64,000 nucleotides of DNA. It comes from Patescibacteria group bacterium (GTDB taxonomy: Bacteria > Patescibacteriota > Minisyncoccia > Moranbacterales > UBA2206). Shown piece after piece: positions 1-8,491 of the stretch. Within the stretch, counting starts at the first letter, position 1, and every line of letters begins with the position of its first letter. Position numbers and translations under genes: made by a program. The DNA is taken from contig JAKLFF010000001.1 of the NCBI GenBank assembly GCA_022711335.1, forward strand, positions 131,016 to 195,015. The letters run 5' to 3'. The notes beneath the pieces are model-generated. The model was not told the DNA's origin, searched no databases, and saw nothing but the letters and a program-made list of their open reading frames with translations.

Positions 1-1857
1 ATGCTGGCGTCTCTTTTTTATTCCCTAAATTTATATACTCTCTTTCTTTTTTCCGGCAATCTAAGCTTTTCGCACTATCCGACGCTCTACATTTTTGTTC
101 CGGCGCTAGTCGGGCTTTTCATAAAATTTTTGAAAACCGAAAAAATTGCATATGGGATTTTTTTTGTCTTCGTGCTTCTTTTGAGCTCATCTGGCTTTGG
201 CAATCCGGCTTTTGTCCTTTCTCTTTCTATTTTTTTGCTGCTGATTTTTATAGCCCTGTCTATTTCAGGTTCAGTTGCCGTTAAGAAATCGCTTTTGGCA
301 AAAATTGCTCTTATCGGGGCGCTTTCAATTTTGATAAATGCTTTTTGGCTTTTGCCTATTATTCCCCAGATGAGAAGCGGAGTAGCAGAGCTGCAAAATA
401 GCAGCGTTTTGGAATTTGGATACACTATCCGCCATACCGCCAGCCCGATATTAAATACAATAAGCATGGTTAACTTTTCCGGAGATTATTTTCCTGAAAA
501 TTTTCCTTATGAAAAATTGTATTTTTTGAAAAAAATAATTCTGGCTCTGTCATTTCTTCCTGCGCTTGTTGTTTTTGGCGGATTATTTTTTCTAAAATCC
601 TTTGAAAAAGAGCATAAAAAATATTTTTTGGCTCTTGGCGCGGTATCGGCAGTCGCAATACTGCTTATCGCGAGGGTCGTTCCGCCTTTTGAAATAGTTA
701 ACTATTATATTTTTCGCGTCTGGGGCATGGAAACATTGCGCGGATTCGATAAGGTGGCCATCTACTTTCCTTTTATTCTGGCTTCGATGCTGCTTATTAT
801 TCTAGCTCAGTTTAAAAATAAGAAATGGCTGGAAATTTTGATGGTCGTCATCCTGCTTCTGCCTCTGCCTTTTTATTTGGGAAAAATCCAGCAAAATATG
901 AGCTATCGTTTTTCCGGAGCCAGCCCCCAAAACAAGGATTTCAGAAAATCAAAGTTGAGTTTTTTGGTGAAAATTCCCAAAGAATATTATGGAATACGCG
1001 GAAAGATAAACAGCGGCGGCGAAAAAGCTTTTATCGCCACGCTTCCTTATACTTCCAGCGACGGGTCAGGCATTTCTAATTTTCCAAAATGGAAAATGTA
1101 TGGAGCAGACATAACGCGACACTTGTATAGCAAGACTCTCTTGCCGGCGAACGCTAGTTATTTTTCCGATTGGAATTTTGCCCGGACTTTTAATGAAGAT
1201 AATCTTTCCGACAATCAGTGGCTTATAAAACTTTTGGGCATGATGGATGCAAAATATATAATTTATCACAAAGATTCGCCTGAAGATTCTGTCTTAAATT
1301 CGCAGGAGAAAATGAAAAAACTGGAACGGCAGGGGCTGATAGAAAATCTGGAAGACAATGATTATTTTACCTTATATGAAATAAAAAAGGATTATATCAT
1401 TCCATATATATCATGGCAGAACGAAAATGTATCGATAGAATCTGATTTATCGAGAATCGGCGGAGAATTGGATAAAATAATTAATAATTCTCAAGCATCG
1501 GAATTTAAGGAATTGAATCCTAAAAAATTTGAAGTAAAAATTTCCAAGGATAATTTCCAAAACGGCGTGCTAATTTTGGCGGAAAAATTCGATTCAAATT
1601 GGAAGGCTTATCTTATCTCGAAAGATGGCAAAGAAAAAGAAATAGGGGAGCATATTTTAGCCAGAGGGTATGCCAATGGATGGATTGTGCATGAGGATGC
1701 GAAAAACAGTGGTACTGATCATATTCTGATTGAATATTATCCAACTCGATTGATGGCGAGAGGCTTATGGATAAGCGCGGCAACAGCTTTATTTTTATTG
1801 GTTTATTTGGTAGTATATTATTATGGCAGAAAGAAAATTGCTAAAAAAGCTTGTTAG
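1..1857 (+). CDS. Polytopic membrane protein, 5' partial (N-terminus lies outside the window). YfhO-like architecture: N-terminal TM bundle, large extracytoplasmic domain, C-terminal TM anchor
   Basis: The ORF is open from base 1. It has multiple hydrophobic helices, a long soluble C-terminal domain and a final TM segment (RGLWISAATALFLLVYLVVYY). It sits in a glycosylation context. The family assignment comes from architecture only. Confidence 0.4.
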   Translation: MLASLFYSLNLYTLFLFSGNLSFSHYPTLYIFVPALVGLFIKFLKTEKIAYGIFFVFVLLLSSSGFGNPAFVLSLSIFLLLIFIALSISGSVAVKKSLLAKIALIGALSILINAFWLLPIIPQMRSGVAELQNSSVLEFGYTIRHTASPILNTISMVNFSGDYFPENFPYEKLYFLKKIILALSFLPALVVFGGLFFLKSFEKEHKKYFLALGAVSAVAILLIARVVPPFEIVNYYIFRVWGMETLRGFDKVAIYFPFILASMLLIILAQFKNKKWLEILMVVILLLPLPFYLGKIQQNMSYRFSGASPQNKDFRKSKLSFLVKIPKEYYGIRGKINSGGEKAFIATLPYTSSDGSGISNFPKWKMYGADITRHLYSKTLLPANASYFSDWNFARTFNEDNLSDNQWLIKLLGMMDAKYIIYHKDSPEDSVLNSQEKMKKLERQGLIENLEDNDYFTLYEIKKDYIIPYISWQNENVSIESDLSRIGGELDKIINNSQASEFKELNPKKFEVKISKDNFQNGVLILAEKFDSNWKAYLISKDGKEKEIGEHILARGYANGWIVHEDAKNSGTDHILIEYYPTRLMARGLWISAATALFLLVYLVVYYYGRKKIAKKAC

Positions 1858-2191
1858 CAAGCCAGTTATAGACGGCGCCTTTGTGGCTATTGTCTTTGCT
1901 ATGGGATTTTTTTTGCATTGGAAAATATATGAAATTGCCCTTTTTGCTCTGTTTATTTGGATAATTCTCAATCCGATTTTGAGCCGATACCTAGCTTTTG
2001 GGGCGATTTTCTTTTTAATCCTAACGCCGCTGTTTCTTATCGGCGGGAAAAAAATAATTGCTGACCAGCTGGCCATTTTCGCCTACTATTTTCTCATTAT
2101 GGCAGTTATGATGGGAATTTATGAATTGTGGAAAGACAAGCCAGAATCTTCAGGCGCGATTAATAATTTTAACGATAAAATCAATGAATGA
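1823..2191 (+). CDS. Small 3-4 TM membrane protein immediately upstream of GT2 (possible GtrA-like partner); overlaps the upstream gene end
   Basis: It is a 122-aa hydrophobic ORF. Its 3' end runs into the GT2 start. A GtrA-like small protein paired with a GtrB-like GT2 is a known arrangement. No diagnostic motif was seen. Confidence 0.3.
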   Translation: MAERKLLKKLVSKPVIDGAFVAIVFAMGFFLHWKIYEIALFALFIWIILNPILSRYLAFGAIFFLILTPLFLIGGKKIIADQLAIFAYYFLIMAVMMGIYELWKDKPESSGAINNFNDKINE

Positions 2192-3122
2192 GAAACCTTA
2201 TTTGTCAGTCGTCGTTCCGCTATATAACGAAGAGGGGAATGTGAGAGAGCTCCATAAAAGAATAGCGGAAGCGTGCCGCCAGCTGGAAAAAAGTTTTGAA
2301 ATAATTTTTGTCGATGATGGCTCAGAGGATAAAACTATAAAAGAATGCCAGGGACTTTCCCCGCTTAAGCTGGTTGTGCTGCGAAAGCGTTTTGGCCAGA
2401 CGGCGGGCATGGACGCGGGAATAAAAGCGGCTGTGGGTGAAATAATAATCACTATGGATGGCGATTTGCAAAACGATCCGGCTGATATAAAATTGCTCCT
2501 TGAGGAAATGGATAAGGGCTATGACGTTGTTTCCGGCTGGCGGGCCAAAAGAAAAGATCCGATCATGAAAAAAGTGTTTTCGCGCACTGCCAATCTTCTC
2601 CGGAAAATTCTGATCCAGGATAATATTCATGATTCCGGCTGTTCTTTGAAGGCCTATAAGCGAGAATGTTTTCAGGAAGTGGATCTGTTTGGCGAAATGC
2701 ACCGCTTTATTCCGGCCATTTTGGAGCTTCAGGGATATAAGGTCGGAGAAGTTGTGGTCAACCATCATCCGCGAATTCACGGAAAAACCAAATATAACTG
2801 GAAAAGGGGAATAAAGGGTTTTGTGGATATGATCTCTGTTTGGTTTTGGCGAAAATACGCCAATCGCCCGCTCCATCTTTTTGGCGGATCGGGAATATTA
2901 ATCTTTATTCTGGGGTCGGCTATTCTTGTCTGGATGGCAGTAGAAAAAATAATATTTAACGCGTCACTTTCCGAAAAAATCTGGCCGATGATGGGCGTGT
3001 TTTTGGTTATGATCGGCATCCAGCTTTTTATTTTCGGACTCCTTGCTGATATTCTCATTAAGAATTATTACAAAGAAAGAAAGCAGATGAATTATTCAGT
3101 CAAAGAGGTGATAGAGCAGTAA
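2184..3122 (+). CDS. GT2-family polyprenol-phosphate glycosyltransferase (DPM1/GtrB/ArnC-like) with two C-terminal TM helices
   Basis: Start is at MNEKPYLSVVVPLYNEEGNV, in the same frame as the longer listed ORF. GT2 motifs are present: VVPLYNE, FVDDGS, DGDLQND. Hydrophobic C-terminal helices are typical of GtrB/ArnC. Confidence 0.85.
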   Translation: MNEKPYLSVVVPLYNEEGNVRELHKRIAEACRQLEKSFEIIFVDDGSEDKTIKECQGLSPLKLVVLRKRFGQTAGMDAGIKAAVGEIIITMDGDLQNDPADIKLLLEEMDKGYDVVSGWRAKRKDPIMKKVFSRTANLLRKILIQDNIHDSGCSLKAYKRECFQEVDLFGEMHRFIPAILELQGYKVGEVVVNHHPRIHGKTKYNWKRGIKGFVDMISVWFWRKYANRPLHLFGGSGILIFILGSAILVWMAVEKIIFNASLSEKIWPMMGVFLVMIGIQLFIFGLLADILIKNYYKERKQMNYSVKEVIEQ

Positions 3123-3135
3123 CTAACTAATTTTT

Positions 3136-3252
3136 TTACCTCCTCTCCCTTAGGGAGAGGATGCCCAAAGGGCAGGAGAGGGATAAAACATAAATTTTTC
3201 CATCATCCGGTCCCGCCAGGGCGGGACCACCTTCTCCCTAAGGGAGAAGGGG
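3136..3252. repeat. Composite palindromic intergenic element, copy 1 (hairpins CCTCTCCC-TTAG-GGAGAGG, GGTCCCGCC-AGGG-CGGGACC, CCTTCTCCC-TAAG-GGAGAAGG)
   Basis: Three GC-rich perfect hairpins sit in an AT-rich spacer between the GT2 stop and the ugd start. A reverse-complement arrangement of the same hairpins occurs at 43024-43132. Confidence 0.6.
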
Positions 3253-3264
3253 ATAATTTATTTT

Positions 3265-4572
3265 ATGAAAATTGCAATTATTGGCACTGGTTATGTCGGA
3301 CTCGTCAGCGGGACTTGTTTTTCCGAGTTTGGACACAACGTAGTCTGTGTTGACAAAGACGAGAAAAAAATCGAAGCCCTGAAAAACGGCCAGATCCCGA
3401 TTTATGAGCCGGGACTCGATGAATTGGTCAAAAGCAATGTGGAAGCCAACCGGCTTATTTTTACTCTTGACACGGCCTTTGCCATAAAAGACGCGGATGC
3501 AGTTTTCATCGCGGTCGGAACGCCGACTTCAAGGCGCGGAGACGGATACGCTGATCTCAGCTACGTTTACGCGGCAGCCAAAGAGTTGGCCGGCCATTTG
3601 AACGGATATACGGTAATTGTGGACAAAAGCACTGTTCCGGTCGGAACAGCCAGGCAGGTAAAAAGAATCATAAAGGGGACGAATCCCAAGGCTGATTTCG
3701 ACATGGCATCAAACCCTGAGTTTTTGCGCGAAGGGGCGGCAATCTCCGACTTTATGAAGCCGGATCGGGTAGTGGTTGGGGTGGAAAGCAAAAAAGCCGA
3801 AGAAGTCTTGAGGAATATATACAAGCCCTTGTATCTCATTGAAACGCCTATGGTGGTGACTAATTTGGAAACAGCGGAGCTGATCAAGTACGCCTCAAAT
3901 GCGTTTCTGGCGGTCAAAATAAGCTATATAAATGATATGGCCAATCTTTGCGAAAAAGTCGGCGCCGATATCGTGGCTTTGGCCAAAGGCATGGGGCTGG
4001 ATAACCGCATCGGATCGAAATTTTTGCATGCCGGACCGGGATACGGCGGCTCATGCTTTCCTAAAGACACGCTGGCTCTTTCCAAAACCGCCCAGGAACA
4101 CGGTGCGGGTCTTCGCCTCGTCGAGTCGGCCATTGAGATAAATTCCGCCCAAAAAGCGCGGATGGTGAAAAAAATCAGAGAGGCGCTAGGAGGCAGTGAA
4201 GCAGGAAAAACAATCGCGTGCCTCGGACTTACTTTTAAGCCGGAAACTGACGATATGCGCCAAGCTCAGTCGGTCGCTATTCTTCCGGCGCTTGTTGACA
4301 AAGGCGCCCGCGTTCGCGCGCATGATCCGCATGGCATGGCTGAAGCCAAAAAAATGATGCCGGAAGTTGAATACGCGGATGATGCTTATGGCGCCTGCAA
4401 AGACGCCGACGCAGTCATCCTTATGACGGAATGGAACGAATATAGGGCGCTTGATCTTGACCGCTTGGCTGAAACTATGAAAGGGAAAATATTTATCGAT
4501 CTTAGGAATGTCTACGAACCGGAAGTTTTGAGAGAAAAAGGTTTCCAATATTTTGGGGTGGGGAGGAATTGA
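3265..4572 (+). CDS. ugd: UDP-glucose 6-dehydrogenase (nucleotide-sugar dehydrogenase family)
   Basis: N-terminal Rossmann motif MKIAIIGTGYVGLV. Catalytic Cys region GGSCFPKDT. Full-length family architecture, 435 aa. Confidence 0.9.
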   Translation: MKIAIIGTGYVGLVSGTCFSEFGHNVVCVDKDEKKIEALKNGQIPIYEPGLDELVKSNVEANRLIFTLDTAFAIKDADAVFIAVGTPTSRRGDGYADLSYVYAAAKELAGHLNGYTVIVDKSTVPVGTARQVKRIIKGTNPKADFDMASNPEFLREGAAISDFMKPDRVVVGVESKKAEEVLRNIYKPLYLIETPMVVTNLETAELIKYASNAFLAVKISYINDMANLCEKVGADIVALAKGMGLDNRIGSKFLHAGPGYGGSCFPKDTLALSKTAQEHGAGLRLVESAIEINSAQKARMVKKIREALGGSEAGKTIACLGLTFKPETDDMRQAQSVAILPALVDKGARVRAHDPHGMAEAKKMMPEVEYADDAYGACKDADAVILMTEWNEYRALDLDRLAETMKGKIFIDLRNVYEPEVLREKGFQYFGVGRN

Positions 4573-4599
4573 CAGTTTAGTTTTTAAATATCGAAAAAA

Positions 4600-7440
4600 A
4601 TGAAAAAGGAAATTCTAAGCAAAAAAATAATTTTCCTAAATCTTTTCATATTCTTGTTTTTTGCTTTTTCCTTTAATCTTGTTCAGGCTTCCCAAAATAT
4701 TCCTGATATTTGCGAGTCGGGAATTGAAGAAAAATTCCAATTCCTTTGTGAAAAAGATCAGCTTCTCGATCCCCGGGAACTTTTTGGCTTTGAGGAAAAA
4801 AGCGATAATAAGGCAAAAAAAGAAAGCTTTGGCGTAATGGCGGTTTCAAGTATCGAAGGCAAATCGGATGGCAGCGATGAAATCATAATCGGCGGAAATG
4901 AAGAATGGAATGAAAATAAAGTTTTTGACCATAAAATAATTACGATCGAACCGGGAGCCCAGCTGGAAATCAAAGCGGGCGTGACAATTACCCTTAAGGA
5001 TTCAATAATTAATGTTGAAGGGAAATTTATCACCAGTGGAACCAAAGAAAAAACGGTTATCATTAAATCATCCGGAGAAGAAAGCGATAGCGGATTCTCG
5101 ATCATTTCCGATTTGGACGATAAAGATGGCCAGATAAATGAAATACTGATGAAAAATACCGATATAAGCGGCAACAATAACGTATTGGGAGCTGTCATAA
5201 CTAAAAAGACCAAGCTTGATATGGAAGAATGCAGTATCCATGACAATGTGATTGGGGTAGTGATGGCGGAAAATGACTCCAATGAAAAGAAAGTCAATCG
5301 TTCTAAATTTTATGGCAACCAGATTGACGCGGTGAGCTATTACGAACTGGGCGGAGAAACTCTGGCTCCGGATTTCCGGTATAACTGGTGGGGAGAAAAC
5401 AGTTCAAAAATAGAGCAATATTGTAATGACGAATATGGATGTATTGCGTATCATGATAAAATTTTTGGACTTATCAATATAAGGCCTTGGTTTGTTTCGG
5501 AGGATTTTTTCGATCCAGTAGTGATTGTGCCGGGGATTATGGGGTCGGAAGAAAAAGATGGAGCTTGGAAAATAGATCCGGTTTATCATATTTATGATGA
5601 TCTTTATAATGAATTTATAGAAGAAGGTTTCGGTCCGGAAAAAAATTTGTTTACTTTTCCTTATGAGTGGCGAAATAGCAACCGAGATAACGCGCTCTTG
5701 CTTCGGGATAAGATTGCAGAAATTAAACAAGCCACTGGTCTTCCAAAAGTTGACGTTGTAGCACATTCCATGGGCGGTCTTCTGGCAAGAGAATATATTG
5801 AATCAGATTATTACCAGGATGATGTTAGTCAGTTGATTACGCTGGGAACGCCGCAAAACGGCGCTCCGGAGGCTTACATAAAATGGGAAGCAGGGGAATT
5901 TACCTTTTCTTTTGTAGATATGTATCTTAAACACAAATTTTCTCAGGAAGCCGAAGAGAACGGATATGACGATATTTTTCACTATATCCGCCAAAGACCG
6001 ATGACTTCTGTTCAAGAACTTCTACCCAACTACAGTTATCTTTATGAAGCTCTTGAAGATGATATACAGAGAACTTATCCAAATAACTATCCAATCAATG
6101 AGTTTTTGGATAACCTTAATTCCGAAGAAAGAAAAGAAAAACTCAAAAAAGTTTTGCTTTATAAAATTGTCGGAAATGTAGAAGACGATGAAAGCACTAT
6201 TTCCAGTTTCAGCGTGTTGGATGGACATATGGGAGAATATTGGGAACATGGCTATCCTCAAGGCTTTGAAATTCCTATTGGTGATAGAGGTATAAAATGG
6301 AAAAGGGGAGACAGAACAGTTCCATTTGAATCAGCCAGGAGTGAGAACATTCCAGCAGAAGAATCGATTGAGATAAATGCAGCTCATCGCGAATTGCCGA
6401 CCGAAGCCCAGAAAAATGTTTTAGGAATTTTGACGGCAAAAAGTCCAGGAAAAGAAACGAGGCGCAATCCTATAAAAGATCTGCTTTTTATTTCAGTTTA
6501 TTCGCCAGTTGATATACAAATAGAGAATTCTGAAGGCAAAAAAGTGGGAAAAAATTTTGCAACTGGAAACGAGATAAATGAAATAGAAGACGCCTACTAT
6601 AGCGGAGCAGGCGCGCTGAATGAGTTTCTGACCATTCCCATTTTCGGATCAGACGAAAAAGATTTCAAAATTATCACCCAAGGCACTGAAGAAGGCGTGT
6701 ATAAAATTGAGATATCCAGGATAACCGAAAGCGAAGGCTCCAGCGAAGCCAAAGAAATCAACGCGGCTATTTCAGGAACAGCCGTTCTCAATCAGGAAGA
6801 AAGCGTAGATTTGAAGGTTACTGAAAACGAAATAATAGTGGAATCAGACAAAACCCCTCCGGAAATTTCTATTGTTTCTCCCGAAGAAAACAAAACATAT
6901 CTCAACAGCGGAACCATCCCAGTGAATTATGGAATAAGCGATAATAAATCACCGAAAGAAAAAATAACCGATGAAGCATATCTGGACGAGGATATTTTAG
7001 AAAATAAAACCATAGACTTGGCTTTTTTGAATCTCGGAAAGCATAAAATAAAAATAATTGCCAAAGACGAAGCCGGAAACATCGGGCAGAAAGAAATCAG
7101 TTTCACAACAGAAACATCGGTGGATGCCATGATAAACAACACAGCTTATTACTACAGGCTGGGAATGATGAGAAAACAGGATAAAACTGTTTTGACAGCT
7201 CATCTTGAAATCATCAGGCAGCTTCAGGAAATGATAAAAATGATTGAAAAAAACAGATTTATGAAAAACAGAACCAAGGAAATGCTGGTTGCGAATCTCA
7301 AAAGACAAATCAATTTCTATCTGGACTGGCTATCATTCTACGCCAAAATGAGATCAAATCCGAATACGAAAAATGGCATTAACCCAGAAGTCGGGAAACT
7401 GCTAATTGAGAATTTCAATTTTTTGAAATATAATTTTTAA
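4600..7440 (+). CDS. Secreted multidomain protein: signal peptide, beta-helix-like N-terminal region, alpha/beta-hydrolase lipase/esterase-like domain (PGIMGS...VAHSMGGLLAREY), Ig-like/helical C-terminal region
   Basis: N-terminal signal peptide (FLFFAFSFNLVQASQ). Nucleophile-elbow pentapeptide GHSMG variant (AHSMGG) with an upstream oxyanion-like PGIMGS. Repetitive beta-strand-rich N-terminal part. 946 aa. Confidence 0.65.
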   Translation: MKKEILSKKIIFLNLFIFLFFAFSFNLVQASQNIPDICESGIEEKFQFLCEKDQLLDPRELFGFEEKSDNKAKKESFGVMAVSSIEGKSDGSDEIIIGGNEEWNENKVFDHKIITIEPGAQLEIKAGVTITLKDSIINVEGKFITSGTKEKTVIIKSSGEESDSGFSIISDLDDKDGQINEILMKNTDISGNNNVLGAVITKKTKLDMEECSIHDNVIGVVMAENDSNEKKVNRSKFYGNQIDAVSYYELGGETLAPDFRYNWWGENSSKIEQYCNDEYGCIAYHDKIFGLINIRPWFVSEDFFDPVVIVPGIMGSEEKDGAWKIDPVYHIYDDLYNEFIEEGFGPEKNLFTFPYEWRNSNRDNALLLRDKIAEIKQATGLPKVDVVAHSMGGLLAREYIESDYYQDDVSQLITLGTPQNGAPEAYIKWEAGEFTFSFVDMYLKHKFSQEAEENGYDDIFHYIRQRPMTSVQELLPNYSYLYEALEDDIQRTYPNNYPINEFLDNLNSEERKEKLKKVLLYKIVGNVEDDESTISSFSVLDGHMGEYWEHGYPQGFEIPIGDRGIKWKRGDRTVPFESARSENIPAEESIEINAAHRELPTEAQKNVLGILTAKSPGKETRRNPIKDLLFISVYSPVDIQIENSEGKKVGKNFATGNEINEIEDAYYSGAGALNEFLTIPIFGSDEKDFKIITQGTEEGVYKIEISRITESEGSSEAKEINAAISGTAVLNQEESVDLKVTENEIIVESDKTPPEISIVSPEENKTYLNSGTIPVNYGISDNKSPKEKITDEAYLDEDILENKTIDLAFLNLGKHKIKIIAKDEAGNIGQKEISFTTETSVDAMINNTAYYYRLGMMRKQDKTVLTAHLEIIRQLQEMIKMIEKNRFMKNRTKEMLVANLKRQINFYLDWLSFYAKMRSNPNTKNGINPEVGKLLIENFNFLKYNF

Positions 7441-7490
7441 TTTAAAACGCTTTTTCTTAAGAATTTAGGAAAAAGTGAAAAAACAAAAAT

Positions 7491-7769
7491 ATGTTTTCAA
7501 TGCCTGATTTGGATTTGCAAATCTCACTTTCTCTATTTGCAATCTCTTTTGTTGTTGGATTGATAACCTGGGCGATTTCCAGAAAGTGGTTCTTGGGATT
7601 GGTGGTTTTTTCTATTTTGGGAAATCTTAGTTTTTTGGGAAATATAGGTTCTTTTATGTTTAAATCATATGGGATAGAATGGCTTCAATATTTTTCCCTT
7701 TTTATCTGGCCGCTAATAAATATCTTTTTAATTATCAAATATCGAAAGCAGAGGAAAGGAAAAGCGTAA
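7491..7769 (+). CDS. Small 3-TM membrane protein, divergent copy 1 of a tandem triplicated family
   Basis: 92 aa. Same length class, TM topology and C-terminal basic tail (RKQRKGKA) as the next two genes. The upstream leader ...acaaaaatatgtttt... is shared. Confidence 0.55.
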   Translation: MFSMPDLDLQISLSLFAISFVVGLITWAISRKWFLGLVVFSILGNLSFLGNIGSFMFKSYGIEWLQYFSLFIWPLINIFLIIKYRKQRKGKA

Positions 7770-7779
7770 AAACAAAAGT

Positions 7780-8070
7780 ATGTTTTGGTCAAGTCCGAGT
7801 AGGGATTTAAATGTAATAATTTTTTTGGTAATTATTGCATTAATTATTTCAGTTGCTGTCTACTTTAAAACAAAGAAAAAAATATTAACATTATTTATTC
7901 TTTCTCTTCTAGGAAATTTAATTTTTTGGTCAAATTCAGGATCAACATTTTTTGACATCTATCATCTCAAGGGAGTTGTTAAATTTACACTCTGGTATTG
8001 GCCGTGGATAAATGTGGGACTCCTGGTTATTTTGCTGGTAAATTATTTTAGGAATAGGGGAAAAGCGTAA
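7780..8070 (+). CDS. Small 3-TM membrane protein, copy 2 of tandem family
   Basis: 96 aa, roughly 70% identical to copy 3 (MFWSS..RDLNVIIFLVI...VVKFTLWYWPWINVGLL...NYFRN.GK). It is preceded by the same aaaagcgtaaaaacaaaa leader. Confidence 0.7.
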   Translation: MFWSSPSRDLNVIIFLVIIALIISVAVYFKTKKKILTLFILSLLGNLIFWSNSGSTFFDIYHLKGVVKFTLWYWPWINVGLLVILLVNYFRNRGKA

Positions 8071-8080
8071 AAACAAAAAT

Positions 8081-8383
8081 ATGTTTTGGTCAAGCTCGAT
8101 CAGAGACTTAAATGTCATAATCTTTCTGGTTATTGTTGCAATGATTATTTCAATCTTTGTTTATTTTAAAACAAAAAATAAATTTGCTTCGCTGGTCATT
8201 TTCTCTATTTTGGGAAATTTAATTTTTTGGGATAATTCTGGATCGAGGTTACTTAATATACCTGATTTTAAATGGGTTGTGAAATTTACGCTTTGGTATT
8301 GGCCGTGGATAAATGTGGGACTTCTGGCTATTTTAGCGGTTAATTATTTTAGAAATAAAGGGAAAAATCAGAACTTAGGATAA
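8081..8383 (+). CDS. Small 3-TM membrane protein, copy 3 of tandem family
   Basis: 100 aa. The duplicated unit of about 300 bp includes the leader/RBS region. Confidence 0.7.
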   Translation: MFWSSSIRDLNVIIFLVIVAMIISIFVYFKTKNKFASLVIFSILGNLIFWDNSGSRLLNIPDFKWVVKFTLWYWPWINVGLLAILAVNYFRNKGKNQNLG

Positions 8384-8405
8384 TTGCGTAATTAATTACT
8401 TATGA

Positions 8406-8436
8406 AAAACAACCATGTTTCCGGGGTTGTTTTTGA
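8406..8436 (+). terminator. Rho-independent terminator after the tandem mini-gene array
   Basis: Hairpin AAAACAACC-N10-GGTTGTTTT followed by a T-run. Confidence 0.5.
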
Positions 8437-8491
8437 GTGTGTTTTATGCGACAATGGAGAAAGAAAATAATTTAAAAGTGATTTTGACATC

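Noticed and set aside
7441-8400. Regularly spaced repeats of about 300 bp, considered as a possible CRISPR-like array
   Set aside because: The repeat unit is about 300 bp and each unit encodes a complete paralogous membrane protein. There are no short direct repeats with unique spacers and no cas genes in the window.
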